A program made the position numbers and the translations under genes. Under the pieces are notes generated by a model. It saw only the letters and a list, made by a program, of their open reading frames with translations, made no database searches and was not told where the DNA came from. From contig JBBDWQ010000026.1 of NCBI GenBank assembly GCA_040902805.1, forward strand, positions 4,392-68,391: a stretch of DNA of 64,000 nt, written 5' to 3'. Each line of letters begins with the position of its first letter. Positions within the stretch are counted from its first letter, which is position 1. Source of the stretch: Acidimicrobiales bacterium. Its GTDB lineage: Bacteria > Actinomycetota > Acidimicrobiia > Acidimicrobiales > VFJN01. Positions 1-9,355 of this stretch are shown here, piece after piece.

Positions 1-166
1 AGACATCGGCGGCGGCCGCCACCTCGGCGACGGTGGTGCGGCCATAGCCCTGCTCGAGGAAGAGGTCGCGGGCGTGGCGGACGATCGAGGCGCGAGTGGC
101 GTCCGCCTGGGCGCGGCGCCCAGAGGAATCGTAGGAACGTCGGTTGACAGGCTTCCGAGAATTCAT
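1..166 (-). CDS. TetR/AcrR family regulator (N-terminal part, runs off window start)
   Basis: Manual translation from ATG at 166: MNSRKPVNRRSYDSSGRRAQADATRASIVRHARDLFLEQGYGRTTVAEVAAAADV, a TetR HTH start; divergent from the methyltransferase. Confidence 0.85.
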   Translation of the reverse strand, partial: MNSRKPVNRRSYDSSGRRAQADATRASIVRHARDLFLEQGYGRTTVAEVAAAADV

Positions 167-218
167 TACACCTACCCTGTATTCGTTTAAGTTCCACTGT
201 ATCGAATGGAGACGACCC

Positions 219-1052
219 ATGACAGACCTGACCACCCCCGCCGAAGCCTGGACCGCCGTCGCCGACGCCTGGGAGACCCACGTGGACTACGTGGACGAGC
301 ACTCCGAGGTGGCGACCAAGGACCTACTGGCCCGAATCGATCTGCAACCCGGTGATCGCGTGCTGGAGCTGGCCTCCGGACCCGGAACGCTCGGGGCATC
401 GCTGTCCACGCTCGTGGGGCCCGAGGGAACCGTGGTGCTGAGTGACCTGGCACCCGGCATGGTCGCCGCAGCACGACGGCGGACGGCTTCGCTCGCCAAT
501 GTGACCGTGGCAGAGATCGACGCGTCGGCCATCGACCGGCCTGACCACTCCTTCGACGCGGTGGCGTGCCGCATGGGCCTCCAGTTCACCTCCGATCCGT
601 CTGTGGCCTTGGCCGAGATCGTGCGGGTGCTCGCTCCCGGTGGCCGCATCGGGGCGCTCACCTGGGGCGGCCTCGAGCACAACCCGTGGCTCACCTGTGT
701 CGGCATGGCCGGGATGCTCAACGGTCTGGTGACCGGGGGCCCGCCAGTCGGACCGGGCACGGTGTTCGGACTGAGCGACCCTGCGCAGCTGGAGGCCCTC
801 GCCAAGGGGGCGGGCCTCGTCGACGTGCAGGTGAAGGAGATCGACACCCTCTTCCGAGTGTCGGACATCGACACCCACGTCGCCCGTGTCAGCTCGCTGG
901 CCGGCGGTGCCCTCGCCCAGGGGTTCGCCAACGCGACGGCCGAACAGCTCGCGGGCGCGCGGGCCACTGCGGCCCAGCTGGCCGAGCCGCATCAAACCGA
1001 GGTCGGGTACGCGATCCCCGGGAGGTTGCTGCTCCTGTCGGCACACGTGTGA
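219..1052 (+). CDS. Class I SAM-dependent methyltransferase (UbiE-like)
   Basis: VLELASGPG motif I, LSDLAPGM, FDAVAC, LAPGGRI; start at MTDL after GGAG. Confidence 0.9.
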   Translation: MTDLTTPAEAWTAVADAWETHVDYVDEHSEVATKDLLARIDLQPGDRVLELASGPGTLGASLSTLVGPEGTVVLSDLAPGMVAAARRRTASLANVTVAEIDASAIDRPDHSFDAVACRMGLQFTSDPSVALAEIVRVLAPGGRIGALTWGGLEHNPWLTCVGMAGMLNGLVTGGPPVGPGTVFGLSDPAQLEALAKGAGLVDVQVKEIDTLFRVSDIDTHVARVSSLAGGALAQGFANATAEQLAGARATAAQLAEPHQTEVGYAIPGRLLLLSAHV

Positions 1053-1092
1053 GCCGGGTGGCCGTCGCTGACGGTGTCGGGCCCCGGTTCAC

Positions 1093-1114
1093 TGTCACAC
1101 CGCGTTTCTAAGGT
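1093..1114 (+). promoter_or_regulatory. Putative PafBC/RecA-NDp-like DNA-damage promoter (TGTCAC-N10-TAAGGT), leaderless
   Basis: TGTCAC ACCGCGTTTC TAAGGT, then 6 nt to ATG 1121; resembles TGTCRG-N10-TA-N3-T with one mismatch. Confidence 0.55.
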
Positions 1115-1120
1115 GGTGGC

Positions 1121-2368
1121 ATGTCGTTGATCGAGCATCCGCAGGAGCGTGCGTGGGCCGTGGGTGAGTCCGCGACGGTCGCGCTCATGGGGACGATCAA
1201 CGTGGCGGTCGCTCAGCTGGTGGCCACGATCCGGATGCTGATCGACACCGGAGGCTGGGGTGGCCATGGCATCCAGTCGGTCGAGCACTGGGTCACCTGG
1301 AAGGCGGGCGTGTCTCGTCGGCGGGCGGGAGACCTTGCCCGGATCGCCCGGCGGATCGACGAGCTGCCTGCGTGCTGGGCGGTGTTTGAAGCGGGCCGGC
1401 TCACCGAGGACGCGATGGTGCGAATTGTCCGCCGGGTGCCTGTCGAGCGTGACGCCGAGGTGGCTTCCTGGGCGCCGGACATGCTGATCACCCAGCTCCA
1501 GCGCGCGCTCGCGTCGTATCCGGAGCTGCCCGACCCGAAGGACGACGTCGTGCCCCCATCGGATGCTCGGGAGCGGTACCTCCGACTGTCCGAGCATCCC
1601 GATGGGTGGGGACAGGGTGAGTTCTGCCTGCCACCTGACGAGTTCGCTTCCCTAAAGGTCGCGCTCGCTGTGGCCCGCGACGCTGAGTTCCGGGATTGCA
1701 ACGGGCTCGAGCTCGAAGCTGAGGTGATCAGCAGTGGCTCGGTCACCTGGGCGGATGCACTGATGCGTCTCGCCGTTGAGGGCACCGATGCGCTCGACAC
1801 GACCTTGGCTCGCACGGGCCGCCGCGGGGAGCGCACCAAGGTGGTCCTGCACCACGACATCGACCCCACCGGCTCCCTCGGGCCCGGCCAGCTCCACCTG
1901 GGTGCGGTCATCCCCGACCCTGTCGCTCGCTTCCTGTCCTGCGATGCCGAGGTGCTGGTGGCTGCCTATCGAGCGGGTGAGCTGATCGGCATCACGCCGA
2001 CCGACCGCACCGTGAGTCGCAACCTCCGTCGGGTGATCGAGCGGCGCGACCAGGGCTGCGCGCACCCGCTGTGCACGCAGACCCGCTGGCTCCACATCCA
2101 CCACATCGTCCACTGGGCGCAGCGCGGGCTCACGATCCCGCCCAACCTGGTGTGCCTCTGTCCGACGCACCACCGTGAGCTCCACACCGGCGACTTCACG
2201 ATCACCGGCAATCCTGAGACCGGCACGCTCCGCTTCATCGATGCCCGAGGTAGCCCGATCGAACCACCCGATCTCGGCTCGCCACGGCTTCCCCATCCGA
2301 GCGGGCCCAGCCCCTTCTCCCCACCTCTCGGCGAACGCCTCGACCCCCGCTGGTTCGGCTGGAACTAG
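1121..2368 (+). CDS. DUF222 / HNH endonuclease (13E12-repeat-like)
   Basis: N-terminal DUF222-like region (GGWGGHGIQSVEHWVTW); C-terminal RDQGCAHPLC...HIHHIVHWAQRGLTIPPNLVCLCPTHHRELH. Confidence 0.9.
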   Translation: MSLIEHPQERAWAVGESATVALMGTINVAVAQLVATIRMLIDTGGWGGHGIQSVEHWVTWKAGVSRRRAGDLARIARRIDELPACWAVFEAGRLTEDAMVRIVRRVPVERDAEVASWAPDMLITQLQRALASYPELPDPKDDVVPPSDARERYLRLSEHPDGWGQGEFCLPPDEFASLKVALAVARDAEFRDCNGLELEAEVISSGSVTWADALMRLAVEGTDALDTTLARTGRRGERTKVVLHHDIDPTGSLGPGQLHLGAVIPDPVARFLSCDAEVLVAAYRAGELIGITPTDRTVSRNLRRVIERRDQGCAHPLCTQTRWLHIHHIVHWAQRGLTIPPNLVCLCPTHHRELHTGDFTITGNPETGTLRFIDARGSPIEPPDLGSPRLPHPSGPSPFSPPLGERLDPRWFGWN

Positions 2369-2411
2369 CGCGGCACCGGACTGGCGTGGGGGAGTCGACA
2401 AGACTGGCTCG

Positions 2412-2873
2412 GTGAGGGGCGATCTGGGTGCCAGGCGGAATCGATACGACCGTCTTCGGACGTTGCGTCGGCTGGCTCGCCCCATCGAGGCGGCGCAGGT
2501 GCGGGTGCTCGGTGGGAGCGCTCTGTCTGTGTTGCTTCGGACGCCCGTGCTCGTCTTGATCACGACAGGCCGGCGATCGGGTGCGGCCCGGAGCACCACA
2601 CTCGCGTACCACCGCCTCGACGCCGGGAACCTCGTCGTGGTGGCCGGTGCCGGGGGTCAACGCCGGTTACCCGATTGGGTCGCGAACCTGCGAGCGGATG
2701 GTTCAGCCGCAATGGTCGTTCGTCGAACGCGATTCGATGTTCGGGCCGCCGAGCTGCTCGGAGACGACCGTGTTGCGACGTGGAACGAGCTCCGGCGGGT
2801 CTGGCCACAGATCGACACCTACGAGCGGCGCGCGGGGCGCGACGTCCCTGTGTTTCGCCTGCGCAAGGTCTGA
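2412..2873 (+). CDS. Deazaflavin (F420)-dependent nitroreductase family protein
   Basis: VLITTGRRSGAARSTTL, PDWVANLRAD, YERRAGRDVPVFRL; start codon uncertain. Confidence 0.85.
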   Translation: MRGDLGARRNRYDRLRTLRRLARPIEAAQVRVLGGSALSVLLRTPVLVLITTGRRSGAARSTTLAYHRLDAGNLVVVAGAGGQRRLPDWVANLRADGSAAMVVRRTRFDVRAAELLGDDRVATWNELRRVWPQIDTYERRAGRDVPVFRLRKV

Positions 2874-2883
2874 CGATGTCGAC

Positions 2884-3777
2884 TCAGCCCAAGGCGAGCG
2901 CGAGCAAGGGGATCGTCACCAGGGCCAGGATGAGGCCGACGCCGACGACCGTCGTGGCGAGCTCCTCGTCGAGGCCGGCGCGGGCGGCGATCACACCGGC
3001 CGTGACCATGGGGGGCATGCCGGACTCGAGCACCGACGCCCGCCAGGCCGGATCGTGTCGCACGCCGGTTGCCAGTGCGACTGCCAACACTCCCAGCGGG
3101 AGCAGCACCATCTTCGTGCTGAGGCACCAGATGGCGGCTTGGCGGGCATGCGCGGTGGCGACGACGCGGAACCGCAGGCCGAGCGCGAGCATTGCGAGCG
3201 GCGCGACGAGGCGTCCCACCTGGCCGAGCGCCTCGTCGAGGCCGACCGGGAGCTCCACAATGCGCACAGCGAAGCTCACCAGCACGGCGATGAACGGCGG
3301 GAAGCGCAGCAGCCGGGTGATCACCCGTCGGAAGCCGCCCTCGGCGCTGCCCCAGTGGGCGGCGATGACTGAGCCATAGATCGACAGGCCGAGGCCGTTA
3401 CCGATCTGGTCGTAGGCCACGGCTCGCGTCAGCGCCGCCGAGCCGAGCAGTGACGACACCATGGCCAGACCGAGGAAGGTCGTATTGCCCAGTGGCGTGA
3501 CGAGCAGCAGCGCGCCCGTGGTCTCGCGGCTCCAGTCGTAACGCCGACTGGCGGCGTACACGATCAGCGCGGCAACGGTCAGCGTGGTCCACGCGACGAG
3601 CACAGGCACCGCGAGGTCGGCCCCGAAGGCGAGGTCGGGGAGCTTGGCGACGATGAGGGCGGGCACCGTAACCGAGATGACCGCGTGGTCGAGCCACGGC
3701 ACGAGCCGGCGCGTCGGTGGCGTAACACGCTGGAGCACGAGTCCGACCGCGAAGCACGCGAGGACGACAGCGAGCAC
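2884..3777 (-). CDS. AEC (auxin efflux carrier) family transporter
   Basis: Multi-TM; GNTTFLG, FPPFIA, LESGMPP motifs. Confidence 0.88.
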   Translation of the reverse strand: MLAVVLACFAVGLVLQRVTPPTRRLVPWLDHAVISVTVPALIVAKLPDLAFGADLAVPVLVAWTTLTVAALIVYAASRRYDWSRETTGALLLVTPLGNTTFLGLAMVSSLLGSAALTRAVAYDQIGNGLGLSIYGSVIAAHWGSAEGGFRRVITRLLRFPPFIAVLVSFAVRIVELPVGLDEALGQVGRLVAPLAMLALGLRFRVVATAHARQAAIWCLSTKMVLLPLGVLAVALATGVRHDPAWRASVLESGMPPMVTAGVIAARAGLDEELATTVVGVGLILALVTIPLLALALG

Positions 3778-3787
3778 GGGAGACTGA

Positions 3788-4606
3788 CTACCAGCCCTTG
3801 AAATCGGGGGAGCGACGCTCGCCGAAGGCCTTGATGCCCTCGGTCATGTCAGCCGTCGCGGTCACCAGCTCCTGCGCGTAGGCCTCTTCTTCGAAAGCAG
3901 TGTGCCGACCCGATTCGTGGCTGCGGTTCACGAGCCACTTCGTCATGGCGATGGCCTTGGACGGACCGGCCGCGAGGCGGGTCGCGAGCTCGTCGACCGT
4001 GGCCCCGAGCGCCGCGGCGGGCACGACCCGGTTGGCGATGCCCCACCGCTCGCAGTCAGCCGCCGATAGGTCGTCACCGAGGAACATGAGCTCCTTGGCG
4101 CGCTGCGGGCCGACGATGCGGGGGAGGAGGTAGCAGCCACCGGCGTCGGGAATGATGCCCCGCTTCACGAACACCTCGATGAGCCGCGCCGTATCGGCCA
4201 TCACCACGAGGTCGCAGGCGAGCACGAGGTTGGCGCCCCCGCCGGCAGCCGTGCCGTTGACCGCCGCGATCACGGGTTTCTCGCAGTCGAGGATCGACGC
4301 CACGAGTCGCTGCCAGCCCTTGCGGATCAGTCGGGCCACGTCGCCGAGAGCTCGGTCAGGCGCGCCGTCGGGGCGGGAAGGCTCGGGCTTCTGCGCTCCG
4401 CCGAGTCCGGCGCCGGTGCAGAAGTGCCGCTCGCCCGCGCCGGTGAGGACGATGGCGCGCACGCCGAGGGTGGCGGACAGCTCGTCGAACGTGCCGGCGA
4501 GGTGATCGCGCATCGCAGCGGTGAGCGAGTTCCCCGCGTCGGCTTTGTTTATCGTGACCCGGGCGATCCCCTCGGATACCTCGGTTCGGATGAGATCGTC
4601 AGGCAT
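3788..4606 (-). CDS. Enoyl-CoA hydratase/isomerase
   Basis: FCTGAGL, KPVIAAVNGTAAGGG, GIIPDAGG crotonase motifs. Confidence 0.92.
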   Translation of the reverse strand: MPDDLIRTEVSEGIARVTINKADAGNSLTAAMRDHLAGTFDELSATLGVRAIVLTGAGERHFCTGAGLGGAQKPEPSRPDGAPDRALGDVARLIRKGWQRLVASILDCEKPVIAAVNGTAAGGGANLVLACDLVVMADTARLIEVFVKRGIIPDAGGCYLLPRIVGPQRAKELMFLGDDLSAADCERWGIANRVVPAAALGATVDELATRLAAGPSKAIAMTKWLVNRSHESGRHTAFEEEAYAQELVTATADMTEGIKAFGERRSPDFKGW

Positions 4607-4633
4607 GGCGCATCAACCTAGTGGTCGAACCGT

Positions 4634-5956
4634 TCAGACCGGGAAGGGTGACCGACCGCCACGAGCCCGCTCCGCCGCCTCACGTAGCCCGTCCCGGAAG
4701 TCTGGATGGGCGATGGCGGCGAGCGCGTCGCCTCGCTGGTGCACGGTCTTGCCTGCCAGCTCCGCGGCGCCGTACTCGGTGACGATCACGTCAACCTGAT
4801 GGCGAGGGGTGGTGATGACGGCGCCTGCGTCGAACCAGGGCACGATTCGGGATCGAAGTCGGCCGTCGACTGTGATGGTGGAGGGAAGGCACAGCAGAGA
4901 GCGGTCGGTGAGATCGAGCGCGGGTCCAGCGACGAAGTCCTCATGGCCCCCGATGCCCGAGTACTGCACCGAGTTGATGGTGTCGGCGATCACTTGACCG
5001 TGGATGTCGACTGACATGGCGGCGTTTATCGTCACCATTGACCGGTTGCGGGCGATCACGTCGGCCGCGTTCACGACGTCGACGGGCAGGAACGCCACCT
5101 CGTGGTTCTCGTGCAGCCAGTCGTACAGCTCTCGGGATCCGGCCGCGAACGTTGTGACCGACACTCCGTCGTAGATGCCTTTGTGGTTCGTCACCTTGCC
5201 GGCCTGGTGGAGCTTCATGAGCCCGGTGGTGAACATCTCGGAGTGCACGCCGTAATCGCCGCCGCCGCCCTCGGCGAGCAGTGTCGCCACCATTGACGGC
5301 ACGGCACCGATGCCGGTTTGGAGTGTGGCGCCATCGGTCACAAACGATCGAACGACCTCCGCGATGGAGCGGTCGACGTCGGTGGGTGGCGGGTCCGCGG
5401 TGACGATCGGCTCGAGATCGCTCTCGACGAGCACGTCGATCTCGTCGACGTGGAGAGCGTGGCGGTGGTCGCCCAGCCCGTAGGTGCGGGGGAACGATGG
5501 GCTTACCTCGACGATGAGCAGGCGATCGGGGTCGGAACCGGCAGCCTGCATCTGGCGGACCGAGGCGCCCGCGTGCAGCGACAGGCTGCACCAGCCGCCC
5601 GCGTCCGGGGGCGAGGCCGCCGTGATCATCACGCGCGGCGGGTCGGCGTCGAGGATCGGCTCGAAGCGTCGGAAGTCGGCCGGGGCGAAGCTGATGTTGG
5701 CGCCGGCGTCGCGCAGCAGACGGTCGAGCGGTCCGTAGAAGCCGCTCAGGTAGTGCACGTTCGGGTGAGAGAACAGGTCGGTGAAGACGGTGAGCAGCGC
5801 ACCGCCGATGCGTAGGTGCTCCCAGTCGGTTCGGGTGCCGAGAGCCTGCAGCAACGCCGGTGGCTGGCCAGGGCCAAGCGGCATGCCGATCGCATCGATC
5901 GGGCGAACTCGGTGCGCTGCGTCGGTTGCGGTGAGTCGCTCAACCACGGGAGTCAT
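4634..5956 (-). CDS. Acetyl-CoA hydrolase/transferase (4-hydroxybutyrate CoA-transferase-like)
   Basis: TLQTGIGAVP, GVHSEMF, SGIGGHEDF, IVTEYGAAEL; start MTPV overlaps upstream stop. Confidence 0.9.
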   Translation of the reverse strand: MTPVVERLTATDAAHRVRPIDAIGMPLGPGQPPALLQALGTRTDWEHLRIGGALLTVFTDLFSHPNVHYLSGFYGPLDRLLRDAGANISFAPADFRRFEPILDADPPRVMITAASPPDAGGWCSLSLHAGASVRQMQAAGSDPDRLLIVEVSPSFPRTYGLGDHRHALHVDEIDVLVESDLEPIVTADPPPTDVDRSIAEVVRSFVTDGATLQTGIGAVPSMVATLLAEGGGGDYGVHSEMFTTGLMKLHQAGKVTNHKGIYDGVSVTTFAAGSRELYDWLHENHEVAFLPVDVVNAADVIARNRSMVTINAAMSVDIHGQVIADTINSVQYSGIGGHEDFVAGPALDLTDRSLLCLPSTITVDGRLRSRIVPWFDAGAVITTPRHQVDVIVTEYGAAELAGKTVHQRGDALAAIAHPDFRDGLREAAERARGGRSPFPV

Positions 5957-6458
5957 CCAAGCGGCCTGCCAATTGCGCCACGAGCTCGACGACCTCTGCT
6001 GCGCACGCGGCGTAGGTGCCGACGTCACCACCACCGGGATCGATGACTTCCTCCCAGTTCCCCAATTCGACGTTGGCAAGGTCGAGCTGGGCGACGCGCG
6101 CCGCCAGCGACTCAGGACCATCGGGGAGGTCGCGTACGAGACGGCGCAGCGTGGCCGTTCGCGGTCCGGCGACCTGGTGTGTGCGGCGGACCCACAGCAC
6201 GTGCTCCGGGGCGAGGGCGATCACCAGTGCAGCATGGTCCAGGTCTGCCGGGCCTGCTTGTCGGCTGCGGTGATGGGGCGCGGCCAACCCGACACGCTCG
6301 AGTGCGGTCCGAGTGCGCACGCTCATCGGCTGGCCCTCCACGACGAGCGTGCCTGCCGTCGTGACCTGCCACTCCGGCAAGTGGGCCGACAGTGCGGCGC
6401 CGGCCATCACCGAGCGGGCCGCGTTGCCGGTGCACAGGAACACGACAGGGGTTGTCAT
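5940..6458 (-). CDS. Low-molecular-weight protein tyrosine phosphatase / ArsC-like
   Basis: P-loop VFLCTGNAARS, TAGT, distal IDP motif. Confidence 0.85.
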   Translation of the reverse strand: MTTPVVFLCTGNAARSVMAGAALSAHLPEWQVTTAGTLVVEGQPMSVRTRTALERVGLAAPHHRSRQAGPADLDHAALVIALAPEHVLWVRRTHQVAGPRTATLRRLVRDLPDGPESLAARVAQLDLANVELGNWEEVIDPGGGDVGTYAACAAEVVELVAQLAGRLDDSRG

Positions 6459-6471
6459 GCGCTCACTCCTC

Positions 6472-7203
6472 TCACCAGCGCAACCTGGCTCGAATCGGCA
6501 GGTGGTCCGAGCCAAGGTCCGGGCCGACCTCGCCCCAGAGCACCTCGACCGAGGAGGTGATCAGGAGGTGATCGATCTGGTGCCGCGGATGATGTGACGG
6601 CCACGTCTTCCCGCGTACTGCCCTACGCCATCCGTCGGGGACCATGCGATTGATCGCCCAGCCCCACATGTTCATGTCACCTATCAGAGCTCCGGGCACA
6701 TTGGCGGACGGCAGGCTGCGACGAAGACCCATGGTGCTGAGGTGGGCGCCGTACTTGAGGTGCGGGAGGTGCGTGCCCCTCACGTCAAGCGTCGAGCCTT
6801 CAACCTCGATCTCGGTGGCGAGCACTGCCCTGTCAGCATGGTCGGCCCAGAGGCGCGGAAGTCGGTGGATCGCAGGAGGCCGCGTCGGCAGGCGCGAGAG
6901 GATGGCGATGTGCCACCCGCCGTTACCGAACGTCGTGTCCTGGCTCGCCCGCGCCAGAACGCGTGGCAGGGGACCCAGGGTTGAGCGGGCGAGGCACAGG
7001 TCGACGGCAACGTGCAGGCCCAGTGCGTCCGCCACTCGCTGGTGGTCGGCCAGACCATCGTCGGGCGCCCAGGACTCCTGCAGCACAAGCACATCGGGGT
7101 CTAGTCGCCGGCAAGCATCGACGACGTCGAAGGGTCCGCCGCCCAACCGCTTCGGTCGATGCCCCCAGTGGATGTTGTAGGACGCGACCGTCAGCTCAGC
7201 CAT
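6472..7203 (-). CDS. Endonuclease/exonuclease/phosphatase (EEP) family protein
   Basis: SYNIH, LQE, GDMN, IDH, SDHLP motifs. Confidence 0.9.
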   Translation of the reverse strand: MAELTVASYNIHWGHRPKRLGGGPFDVVDACRRLDPDVLVLQESWAPDDGLADHQRVADALGLHVAVDLCLARSTLGPLPRVLARASQDTTFGNGGWHIAILSRLPTRPPAIHRLPRLWADHADRAVLATEIEVEGSTLDVRGTHLPHLKYGAHLSTMGLRRSLPSANVPGALIGDMNMWGWAINRMVPDGWRRAVRGKTWPSHHPRHQIDHLLITSSVEVLWGEVGPDLGSDHLPIRARLRW

Positions 7204-7224
7204 TGGGTCGTGTGCGTTGGAGGA

Positions 7225-8709
7225 TCATCCTGGATGGTCGGCCGTCCAGGTGGCTGCCTGATGGCCGAGCTCCGTGGAGGGTGTGCCGCTGACGAAGGGC
7301 CATAGCTCCTCTGAGATGCGGCGCCAGTTGGCCGTCGCGTGCAGCTGGCCGAAGATCGCATAGAGACCGAGGTTGATGCGCTGGATGATCACGAACGACG
7401 GCGGCACGTTCGCTGACTTCATGATCGGTCCGTACGGTCCGGTGCTGTCGAAGAAGCGACGGACCGTCTCGGACGCGTACTCGGAGGTGATCGTGGCCAC
7501 CTCGTCGCGGAGGACGAAGTCGTAGAAGTGCCCGAAGTAGTCCTCCACCTCGGTGTCGGTGAATGGTGCGCCGGGTTGGAGCATGCCGATCTCTTCGATC
7601 GTCCGTCGGTACTCGGGGATGTCGTGCTCGAGGACCATCGCCGTGACCATGCGCTCCAGCACCTCGATCTCGGGTGCCGTGAAGTGCTTGACGAGCCCGA
7701 AGTCGAGGAAGGTCACCTGCCCGCCGGGACGGAAGAGGTAGTTGCCCGGGTGCGGGTCGCCGTTGAAGGCGTGCAGTCGATACAGGCTTCCGAACACGAA
7801 CCGAAAGATCGACTCGGCCGCGAGGTCGCGCTCGTCCTGGCTCCACTCGAGGACGGTCTCGAACCGGACACCCTCAGCCAGCTCTGTGGTGAGCACCCTC
7901 CGCGTGGATAGGTCACCGACGACCTCGGGCACATGGATGAATGGATGTCCACGGTAGAAGTCGGCGAAGAGGCGCTGGTTGTCGGCCTCGAGCACGTAGT
8001 CGAGCTCCTCGACGAGCCGGGTGCGCAGCTCCGCCACGATGGGCTCGGGCTCGAGGCCCGGAAAGAGCATGCCGACCGCGCCGAACAGCAGCCCCGCGTT
8101 GTCGAGGTCGGCCCGGATTGCCTCGCTCACACCTGGGTACTGCACCTTCACGGCGACGGCCTGACCGTCGTGTGTGATGGCCCGGTGGACCTGACCGATC
8201 GACGCTGACGCAATCGGGGATGGGTCCCACTCGGCGAAGATGCGCTCCGGTTCCTCGCCGAGCTCTTCGCACACGACCTTCGCGGCGAGCTCGCCGCTCA
8301 TCGGCGGTGCATTCGACTGAAGCTCGGCCAGCGCGGCGCGCACGTGCTCGGGCATGCCTTGGTCGAGGTAGCTGGCCATCTGGCCGAGCTTCATCATGGC
8401 GCCCTTCATGTTTCCGAGCGCCTGGGTGATCGACTCCGCCGTCTTCAGCTCGAACTGGTGGTCGAGAAACACTTGGCGCTCAGCGGACGCGAACGCTCGA
8501 CGGGCACGATGCACGGCGTAGGCGCCGCCAGCCTTGGCACCGATGCCAGCCATGGCCGCGGTGCGCTGCGCTCGGCTGGAGGTGTCGACCGGCGAGTTCG
8601 CCGCTGCGTCGGCTCTGCGGCGCGCCTCCTTCACGGCGAGGACGCCTGCGGCCGCTGCGGTGGCCAACCCAACGAGGGTCAGCGCGGTGCGAGCGCGGGA
8701 GCGGGCCAT
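7225..8709 (-). CDS. ABC1/UbiB (AarF) atypical kinase
   Basis: KLGQ, ASASIGQVH, VAVKVQYP, DPHPGN, DFG; leaderless TACGCT-6nt-ATG. Confidence 0.93.
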   Translation of the reverse strand: MARSRARTALTLVGLATAAAAGVLAVKEARRRADAAANSPVDTSSRAQRTAAMAGIGAKAGGAYAVHRARRAFASAERQVFLDHQFELKTAESITQALGNMKGAMMKLGQMASYLDQGMPEHVRAALAELQSNAPPMSGELAAKVVCEELGEEPERIFAEWDPSPIASASIGQVHRAITHDGQAVAVKVQYPGVSEAIRADLDNAGLLFGAVGMLFPGLEPEPIVAELRTRLVEELDYVLEADNQRLFADFYRGHPFIHVPEVVGDLSTRRVLTTELAEGVRFETVLEWSQDERDLAAESIFRFVFGSLYRLHAFNGDPHPGNYLFRPGGQVTFLDFGLVKHFTAPEIEVLERMVTAMVLEHDIPEYRRTIEEIGMLQPGAPFTDTEVEDYFGHFYDFVLRDEVATITSEYASETVRRFFDSTGPYGPIMKSANVPPSFVIIQRINLGLYAIFGQLHATANWRRISEELWPFVSGTPSTELGHQAATWTADHPG

Positions 8710-8772
8710 CGTGCGAGCGTAGGCGGAGGTCGAGGCCAAGGGTGCCGGTCCGTCCCCACTAACGTCGCCGTG

Positions 8773-9288
8773 ATGAGCGACGTCGACTCGATCAACCTGG
8801 CCCTTCTGTTGTTCCGTGGGGCGCTCGGCGCCGTGATGCTGGCGCACGGCATCAACCACATCTTCGGCGGCGGCAAGATCGCGGGTACGGCTCGCTGGTT
8901 CGCCGGCCTTGGCATGAAGCCGGGCATCCTGCACGCGTGGATCGCAAGCCTCGTGGAGGTGGTCGGCGGCGTCCTGCTCGTGCTGGGCCTGCTCACCCCC
9001 TTCGGTGGGGCGGTGATCATCGGCGTGATGCTGGTGGCCTGGATCACAAACCATCGCGGCAACGGATTCTTCATCTTCCGGCCCGGTGAGGGCTGGGAGT
9101 ACGTGATGACGCTGACCTTCGCCGGCCTCGCCATCGCGGTGCTCGGCCCAGGGGAGTGGTCACTCGACAACGCCCTGGGCCTGTGGGATTCGTTCCCCGG
9201 CGCTGCCGGCCTCGCCATCGCGGCAATCGCCGGAGCGGGCGGAGCGGCCGGTCTGCTGGTCGGCTTCTGGCGCCCCGAGAAGAAGTAA
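8773..9288 (+). CDS. DoxX family membrane protein
   Basis: AHG..GG.I.GTARWF, EGWEY, GPGEWSLD. Confidence 0.88.
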   Translation: MSDVDSINLALLLFRGALGAVMLAHGINHIFGGGKIAGTARWFAGLGMKPGILHAWIASLVEVVGGVLLVLGLLTPFGGAVIIGVMLVAWITNHRGNGFFIFRPGEGWEYVMTLTFAGLAIAVLGPGEWSLDNALGLWDSFPGAAGLAIAAIAGAGGAAGLLVGFWRPEKK

Positions 9289-9350
9289 CCAACGTCTGTG
9301 AACGCCCACGTCCGAATGGCGGCCAAAACGCTGCACAGACGTTGATTGGT
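9288..9350. repeat. ~62-bp palindromic intergenic repeat, copy 1 (REP/MITE-like)
   Basis: ACCAACGTCTGTG...CACAGACGTTGATTGGT between convergent genes; near-identical copy at 52916-52976. Confidence 0.8.
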
Positions 9351-9355
9351 GGTGT

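Noticed and set aside
1121..2368. HNH gene as an autonomous mobile element
   Set aside because: No terminal inverted repeats or target duplication seen
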